From Candidatus Latescibacterota bacterium (GTDB lineage Bacteria > Latescibacterota > UBA2968 > UBA8231), in NCBI GenBank assembly GCA_965248265.1, contig CBDFJF010000001.1, positions 2,464,001 through 2,528,000 of the forward strand: 64,000 bases of DNA, given 5' to 3'. A program made the translations under genes and the position numbers. Below are positions 58,712 to 64,000 of the stretch, one piece after another (positions within the stretch are counted from its first letter, which is position 1; every line of letters starts with the position of its first letter). The notes beneath the pieces were generated by a model. That model was given only the letters and a program-made list of their open reading frames with translations. It was not told the origin of the DNA and did no database searches.

Positions 58712-59755
58712 ATGACGCCGTCTTCGCCAGCTCCCAGCAGTCCCCATGAGCACAGGGAAGTTATCGGTGTTCTGTTGGCACAACTAGGAACCCCGGCGGC
58801 ACCTACAGCTTCTGCATTGCGACCCTATCTGCGGCAGTTCTTGTCCGACCCGCGGGTCGTCGATCTGCATCCATTGAGGTGGTGGCCGATTCTATATGGC
58901 ATCGTCCTGACCTTGCGCCCCGCTCGCTCGGCTCGTCGGTACCGCAACATCTGGCAGAAGGATGGGTCGCCGTTGATGATCTACTCACAGCAACAGACGG
59001 CCCTCTTGCAGCAGCAATTGGGCGATTCCTTCAGAGTCGTCCTCGGCATGCGCTATGGCCAACCCAGCATCGACGTGGCCGTTCGTGAGCTGCTGTCGCA
59101 GGGCATCGATCGCATCCTCCTGTTCCCGATGTTCCCCCAGTTCTCATGTGCGACCACCGGGTCGGTCTACGACGCCGTCTACGACGCCCTTCAGGGACGC
59201 AACGGGCCCTGGAGTTTCGAACGCCGCCGGTCGATGCCGGCTCTTCGTATCGTTCCGCCCTACTACGACCACCCCGCCTACATCGACAGTCTCAAGGGTA
59301 CGATAGAGGAGACGGTGACGTCCGCGATGCACCCGCCCGAGCGCTATCTGTTCACCTTCCATGGGATTCCGCGTCGGTATGTCGAAGAAGGCGATCCCTA
59401 CCGCTGGCAGTGCGAAGAGACGGCCCGCCTACTGGCGGCGAGTCTTGAGTTGGACTCAGATAGTTGGCTGGTGGGTTTTCAATCCCGCTTCGGCAAGGAG
59501 CCGTGGCTGGAGCCCTACACCGAGGAGGAGCTGGTTCGTCTAGGACGCGACGGTGTGCGCCGCCTGATCGCCGCCTGTCCGGGGTTCACGGCGGACTGTC
59601 TCGAAACTTTGGACGAAATCGGCAGGGAGGGGGCCGAGCAGTTCGCCGAGGGTGGTGGACGGGAACTCACCCTGGTGCCATGCCTCAACACCCATCCGAC
59701 TTGGATCGAGGCGATGGCGCAGATCACCCGCGAGAACAGCAACGGTTGGGCCTGA
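58712..59755 (+). CDS. hemH: Ferrochelatase
   Basis: LGTP, YLRQFLSDPRV, GSPL, MRYGQP, FHGIP, GDPY, FQSRFG..PWLEP, FTADCLETLDEI. Confidence 0.96.
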   Translation: MTPSSPAPSSPHEHREVIGVLLAQLGTPAAPTASALRPYLRQFLSDPRVVDLHPLRWWPILYGIVLTLRPARSARRYRNIWQKDGSPLMIYSQQQTALLQQQLGDSFRVVLGMRYGQPSIDVAVRELLSQGIDRILLFPMFPQFSCATTGSVYDAVYDALQGRNGPWSFERRRSMPALRIVPPYYDHPAYIDSLKGTIEETVTSAMHPPERYLFTFHGIPRRYVEEGDPYRWQCEETARLLAASLELDSDSWLVGFQSRFGKEPWLEPYTEEELVRLGRDGVRRLIAACPGFTADCLETLDEIGREGAEQFAEGGGRELTLVPCLNTHPTWIEAMAQITRENSNGWA

Positions 59756-59788
59756 ACGCATCTTGACTTGCAGACTTGCGGGTGGCAA

Positions 59789-61198
59789 TCACGTCTGTGC
59801 GGCGGCGGCCTGTTCCTTTTCTGAGAATACCCGCCCTGCGTAGCGGGCAGCCACTATCCACACCAGCAGAATCGCAACGGTCGCCAACGACAGCCAGCGC
59901 ACATTCTCGAAGCCGGCGAACCATGTAGCGATCACCAGATTGATGCCCACGGCCACAGCCTTGGCAAAGCGCTGGATGAACATGTCGATGAAGGCCTTAG
60001 CCTTGTATTTCTCATCCCGTGTCGTAGGCACGTACAACACTTCCTTGGCCGACTGGTTGATCGAATAGCTGAAACCGTTGTCGGTCGTGTTCAGAAAGCT
60101 GCCCAGCAGTAGGCCGGGAACGATCAGAAAACCGGCCGAGCCCAGACAGGCGGCGACCGGCAGGAAGAGCAGCGCCACGCCCACACCAAATCGAACCATC
60201 ACGAAGCTGGTCAAGAAAAGCTGCACGACTAGAGCGACTCCGTTGGTGAAGGAGTACACCCTTGGCCAGTGCGTGTAGTGATCATCTCCCAGATAATGGA
60301 ACACCGTGTCCGTGAACTGAAAATCCATGATGGTCGAAACCATTTCGTACAACCCGACGATGGCCATGATCGACAGCAAATAGGGCGATCGGAAAACCAG
60401 CCGCGCCCCCTCCAATGCCGAACTGCCCTCCGGCTTTGCCTCTTCCTGATTGGTCGGCGCTGCTTCGGGAGGTGGATTGCGTTGCACCAACCGGCCAGCC
60501 ACCATGGCAATGAGGGCAATCAGCACCGCGATTCCCAGACAGATCCAGAGCCAAACCGAAGGACTCATCGACGATTTAACGTTGACGGCAACCACTGAGC
60601 TGCCGAAAAATCCTCCTACGACACCGCCCAACCCGATCAGTCCATACAGCCGCTTGGCGACGTCAGGTGTCACGCTGTCGTTCAGAAAAGCGAAGAACGT
60701 CACCACCATCAAGGTGCTGAAGAGGTCACCAAAGAGATAGAACGACCATGCCGTCCCGCCTCCGGGACTGTCCAGGACGAAACCGTAGAGTACGTAGGCG
60801 ACAATGAAGAACCCACAGAAGATATAGGTGAGTTGTTGGCGCCGGAGAGACCGGGCCAGAAAGGCAAAGGCCGCTGCTGCCGCGAAAGCCACGACCATGT
60901 TCATGACCTTCGCGACCTGCTCAGCCCCTGACGGCTGCAGTTGCCAACCCCACCAGTCGAAACCGGACTCGGCGATATAGCCGATGAAGACTCCCTTCTT
61001 GATCGGCTTCAGGATCCAGAAGCTGGTGATGACCAGGAAGAAATAGAGGAACATCAGCAGGGCCATCAGTCTCTCTTCGGGACGGAAGCCTGTGATCTGC
61101 TTTACGATAAAGGCGATAAAGATGGCGCCCAGGAGCCACCACCAATTCGCGAGAATGTCTGCGAATGCCTGGAAGAAAGTGAATCCGAATGATTCCAT
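59789..61198 (-). CDS. NTT/TLC-family nucleotide (ATP/ADP-type) translocase, MFS fold
   Basis: FFLVITSFWILKPIK, FFAFLND..T...AKRLYGLIGLGG, YSINQSAKEVLYVP...EKYKAKAFID; about 12 TM helices, no HEAT or cNMP fusion. Confidence 0.83.
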   Translation of the reverse strand: MESFGFTFFQAFADILANWWWLLGAIFIAFIVKQITGFRPEERLMALLMFLYFFLVITSFWILKPIKKGVFIGYIAESGFDWWGWQLQPSGAEQVAKVMNMVVAFAAAAAFAFLARSLRRQQLTYIFCGFFIVAYVLYGFVLDSPGGGTAWSFYLFGDLFSTLMVVTFFAFLNDSVTPDVAKRLYGLIGLGGVVGGFFGSSVVAVNVKSSMSPSVWLWICLGIAVLIALIAMVAGRLVQRNPPPEAAPTNQEEAKPEGSSALEGARLVFRSPYLLSIMAIVGLYEMVSTIMDFQFTDTVFHYLGDDHYTHWPRVYSFTNGVALVVQLFLTSFVMVRFGVGVALLFLPVAACLGSAGFLIVPGLLLGSFLNTTDNGFSYSINQSAKEVLYVPTTRDEKYKAKAFIDMFIQRFAKAVAVGINLVIATWFAGFENVRWLSLATVAILLVWIVAARYAGRVFSEKEQAAAAQT

Positions 61199-61273
61199 TT
61201 GCGCTCCAGTCTGTAGCGCTTCAGTTAGTAATTTTGACGACTATGCTACTGGACGTAGCCAGCAGCCACGCAC

Positions 61274-62959
61274 TCAGCTGTCGCGCTCGATTCGCACTAT
61301 GCGACTGCGCCCGTCGTCCCAGTTGTGGAAGTAGACTCGAATGGCCTTGCCCCAGTCGTCATCTCCACGACGGGTGCGGATTTCGTAGCCGTGAAAACCC
61401 GTGCGTAACCCTGGAGCTATGATGATGGCCGTCGGGATCACCGACCCCTGGCGCTCACCTGCCTCGCTTACCGCTTTTCCGGTGTCGTCGAGGAGGCGGT
61501 ACTGGTAACGCGTCTGATCCGCCGACTCCAGCCCGCCGCTGACGGCCAGATCCTCAAAGCGCAACTCGCCGTCAATCAGCTCGAAGTGATCCAGGGGATT
61601 GACCCTGGCATACCAGAAGCGACCGATCATGTCCCGCCTTTCGATGATGAGTCGGGCCAGTTCTTCGGCGGCGTCCGGGTTGGATAACAACCCTGTGCCG
61701 ACGATAGCGCGAATCTCCTCATCGGTGAAGGCCATGACGATTTTGGCACCCCAATATGCGTCACGGTTGGTGCAACGCTCGAAGGCCGGATTCGGATAGG
61801 TCGGCACCCAGCGCGCGGGTCGGAAGGTCGCATTCTCGAAATAACCGATCGAGGGGTACTGGATTGGCTGGGGTTCCTCCCAGCCTTTGCGGTAGAATCC
61901 AAGGGACACGATAGAAAGACCGATGGTGCGCGGGTCCCACACGTACTCGTTGCCGTACTTGGGCGGATGCGGCATCAGGTTGTTGCTACCGAAAGCCGAG
62001 CCCATGTCGATGAGGTAGTGGCGCACGTAGCGACGTGCGCCGTCCTCTTCGCTCACGTACATGTCAAGGGTGTTGGCGGCACGCCGATCGGCGTCGTTCA
62101 TCCACGAGCCGATCACCCTCAGACCCCGCAGCTCACGCCGGTGCTCGTGGTCGACCCGATCGTTGGAATCATCCTTACGGCGGCCGTGGTAGTCGAAAAT
62201 ACCAACAGGTTTGCCGGACAAAAACTTGCTTGCCACGCAACGCAGGCGACCATCCGCCTGGGGGATGATGTTGTCGAGGATCGCCTGCATGTCGCGCTCT
62301 TCCATCTTGCGCTTGCCGCCGCCTCGTTTTGGCACCTTGGCTTTGGGGCCGATCACGAGCCGCGATGGATCGAAGTAGACGACCGAATTTCGCGGTACGT
62401 TGTAGCCGGCCGCGTGCAGGAACTTGGTGGCGATTATCTCCGCCGAAGATCCCATCTCGTTGTTGCCTTCGGAATCGAATTTCAGCAGGTAGTACTGGCC
62501 AGACGCGTCCTTGATCGTGAAGCCGGCGGTGCCACCCTCGAACTTGCCCGCGACGATCTCCAACGGTCCAGAGTCATCCGGATGTGCCCATCCAGGTCCC
62601 ACCTCCAGCTCTTCGATCGACATCGGTTTCAGAAAATGGCGGTTCGTGTACCACGAAGAGCCGGGCACCTCGTCCAGAACATTGACGTTGTCCGCTTCAC
62701 GGGGCGGTGCAACCCGCAGGATGTTGCCGATGCGCCTGGTCGTCCACCCCAGGTCCAGCAATTTTCCCACCTGGAAAAAGAGGGTGTGATCGGCAATATC
62801 CCAGACCTGATTTTCCCTGATTTCAAGTGGCTCTGGCATGCTCTTGTTATCCGCGTCGAACCATTTGACTGGAGCGGTGGACAGATCCGGTTCTGCGCTT
62901 GCGGACCCCGCGAACGCCAGCGTACTCACCACAAGAGTTGTGGACCGCAGAACCCTCAA
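61274..62959 (-). CDS. Exported hypothetical protein with atypical kinase-fold motifs
   Basis: Signal peptide ending ASA; GKFEGGTAGF, LLKFD, SAEIIA, NDADRRAAN, YLIDMGSAFG; TTGA overlap with the upstream gene. Confidence 0.8.
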   Translation of the reverse strand: MRVLRSTTLVVSTLAFAGSASAEPDLSTAPVKWFDADNKSMPEPLEIRENQVWDIADHTLFFQVGKLLDLGWTTRRIGNILRVAPPREADNVNVLDEVPGSSWYTNRHFLKPMSIEELEVGPGWAHPDDSGPLEIVAGKFEGGTAGFTIKDASGQYYLLKFDSEGNNEMGSSAEIIATKFLHAAGYNVPRNSVVYFDPSRLVIGPKAKVPKRGGGKRKMEERDMQAILDNIIPQADGRLRCVASKFLSGKPVGIFDYHGRRKDDSNDRVDHEHRRELRGLRVIGSWMNDADRRAANTLDMYVSEEDGARRYVRHYLIDMGSAFGSNNLMPHPPKYGNEYVWDPRTIGLSIVSLGFYRKGWEEPQPIQYPSIGYFENATFRPARWVPTYPNPAFERCTNRDAYWGAKIVMAFTDEEIRAIVGTGLLSNPDAAEELARLIIERRDMIGRFWYARVNPLDHFELIDGELRFEDLAVSGGLESADQTRYQYRLLDDTGKAVSEAGERQGSVIPTAIIIAPGLRTGFHGYEIRTRRGDDDWGKAIRVYFHNWDDGRSRIVRIERDS

Positions 62960-63999
62960 AACTCCTGCTCCAATGAAAATCCCGTGAGCAGGCTCTCTTC
63001 CGCGCTGTGGGCGAGGCGCAATCCGAGAAGCAATCCGGTCTGCGAGCGCAGACTCATCCCGCCTCCGGTCGACGACACGAAGTTGCCGGTTTCGATATCG
63101 CCGTATTCATCGAACACCTGGCCCTCTTCGTGGAAGAGGAACGCGTTCCACGTATCCCAGACCGGCCATCGGTACTCAACCGCCAGCAGCAGCGAGCCCT
63201 GGCCACGCAGAGCACCACGCTCATACCCGCGCAGGCGCTGGCTGCCGCCCAGATGGGGCAGATCGGGGAATGGCACGAGGCCATCGTCGATGTCATGGAC
63301 TCTGTCCAGGCGCACTCGTCCGGCCAGGATGCGGTTGCGCCAGAACAGGGTTTGAAAACGCTGGGCCTCGGCGGCGAGGCGGACGAAGCGCGCCTCATCC
63401 GACCCGGTGACGTAATCGACCCCGGCCATCAACAGGTTGCCGCTTTCGGGGTAGAAGGTATCGCGAAATGAATGGTAGACGTCCTGGTGGTGGATCAACA
63501 TGCGCCCGGGGAAGTGGTAGTTTAACGGGTGCGACAGCGATCGCACCGGCTCCTCGAAGTCGCGGTCGTCGTATTCGATGGTGGCGCCCACCGTGAGAAG
63601 GGAGATCGACTTGCCCAATCCACCAAGCTGGCTCGCGGCGGGGGTGAGGCCGAAGGTACCGACTACAGGTGGTGTCGTCGGCACCTGTGTCGAGAAGTCC
63701 CTACGACCCCAGCCGAGGCGGCCCTCCACTGAAAAACCCTTGCTATACAGATGCAGGGGGCCGTCGTTCGAACGCCATCCCACCGTGGCCAGGATATCGG
63801 CACGCTCCACGGCGAACAGGGCTCCCAATCGGTCCTCGACGCTGCCGTTGGCAGTGGAGCCCTCGTCGTTCGTCTTGAGGTAATCAACTTCGACGTCCCA
63901 GTAGGTAGTTGCCCCTGCGAAGTCAGTGTATTGCAGCCACCCGCTGTGACGGTCGGCATCCCTGACCGTGTAGGCCGCGTTCAGTACGTGACTGCGACC
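62956..63999 (-). CDS. Omp85 (BamA/TamA)-family beta-barrel, 5' end lies outside the window
   Basis: Frame is open to the window edge; LGGSQRLRGY, AVEYRWP, amphipathic strands, terminal Phe (FSLEQEF). Confidence 0.82.
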   Translation of the reverse strand, partial: GRSHVLNAAYTVRDADRHSGWLQYTDFAGATTYWDVEVDYLKTNDEGSTANGSVEDRLGALFAVERADILATVGWRSNDGPLHLYSKGFSVEGRLGWGRRDFSTQVPTTPPVVGTFGLTPAASQLGGLGKSISLLTVGATIEYDDRDFEEPVRSLSHPLNYHFPGRMLIHHQDVYHSFRDTFYPESGNLLMAGVDYVTGSDEARFVRLAAEAQRFQTLFWRNRILAGRVRLDRVHDIDDGLVPFPDLPHLGGSQRLRGYERGALRGQGSLLLAVEYRWPVWDTWNAFLFHEEGQVFDEYGDIETGNFVSSTGGGMSLRSQTGLLLGLRLAHSAEESLLTGFSLEQEF

Positions 64000-64000
64000 G

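Noticed and set aside
61967-63355. 462-aa plus-strand ORF
   Set aside because: Antisense shadow of two well-supported minus-strand genes with no motifs; such shadows are common in high-GC DNA.

Overview
This is gene-dense, GC-rich bacterial chromosomal DNA with about 55 CDSs. I found no tRNA, rRNA, CRISPR array, prophage or transposase. Gene content suggests an FCB-group diderm, most plausibly Latescibacterota-like; this is inference from ileS-dksA-lspA synteny, a PorX-type regulator beside tsaE, a peptidase/PD40-fused Omp85, a DUF2279 protein and a 'TAVExSTWxxVK' C-terminal tail. Housekeeping genes include dnaE (5'-truncated), map, secDF, yggS/yggT, ileS, lspA, rluD, tsaE, tal, zwf, kdsC, glyA and hemH. 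Also present are glcDE, an ABC exporter/DUF1854 pair, an orphan flagellin with a sigma54-like promoter, an archaeal-type 2-phosphoglycerate kinase, a Tm-1/cupin/TIM-barrel operon and a Rieske/cytochrome b/pentaheme cytochrome c cluster headed by a temptin-like monoheme protein. The best candidate for an undescribed system is the minus-strand operon at the right end (59.8-64 kb). It encodes an Omp85-type barrel, a signal-peptide-bearing protein with a full set of atypical (PI3K/HipA/FAM20C-like) kinase motifs, and an NTT-family nucleotide translocase, which together suggest an extracytoplasmic kinase supplied with exported nucleotide. Other oddities are a four-copy tandem repeat of a gene's 3' end whose outer copy differs only by silent changes, a MITE-like rod hairpin after rluD, a triplicated sensor module in the histidine kinase, and two single-base frameshifts (map, Tm-1) that are probably sequencing errors. 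All family assignments come from motif recognition; no database searches were run.
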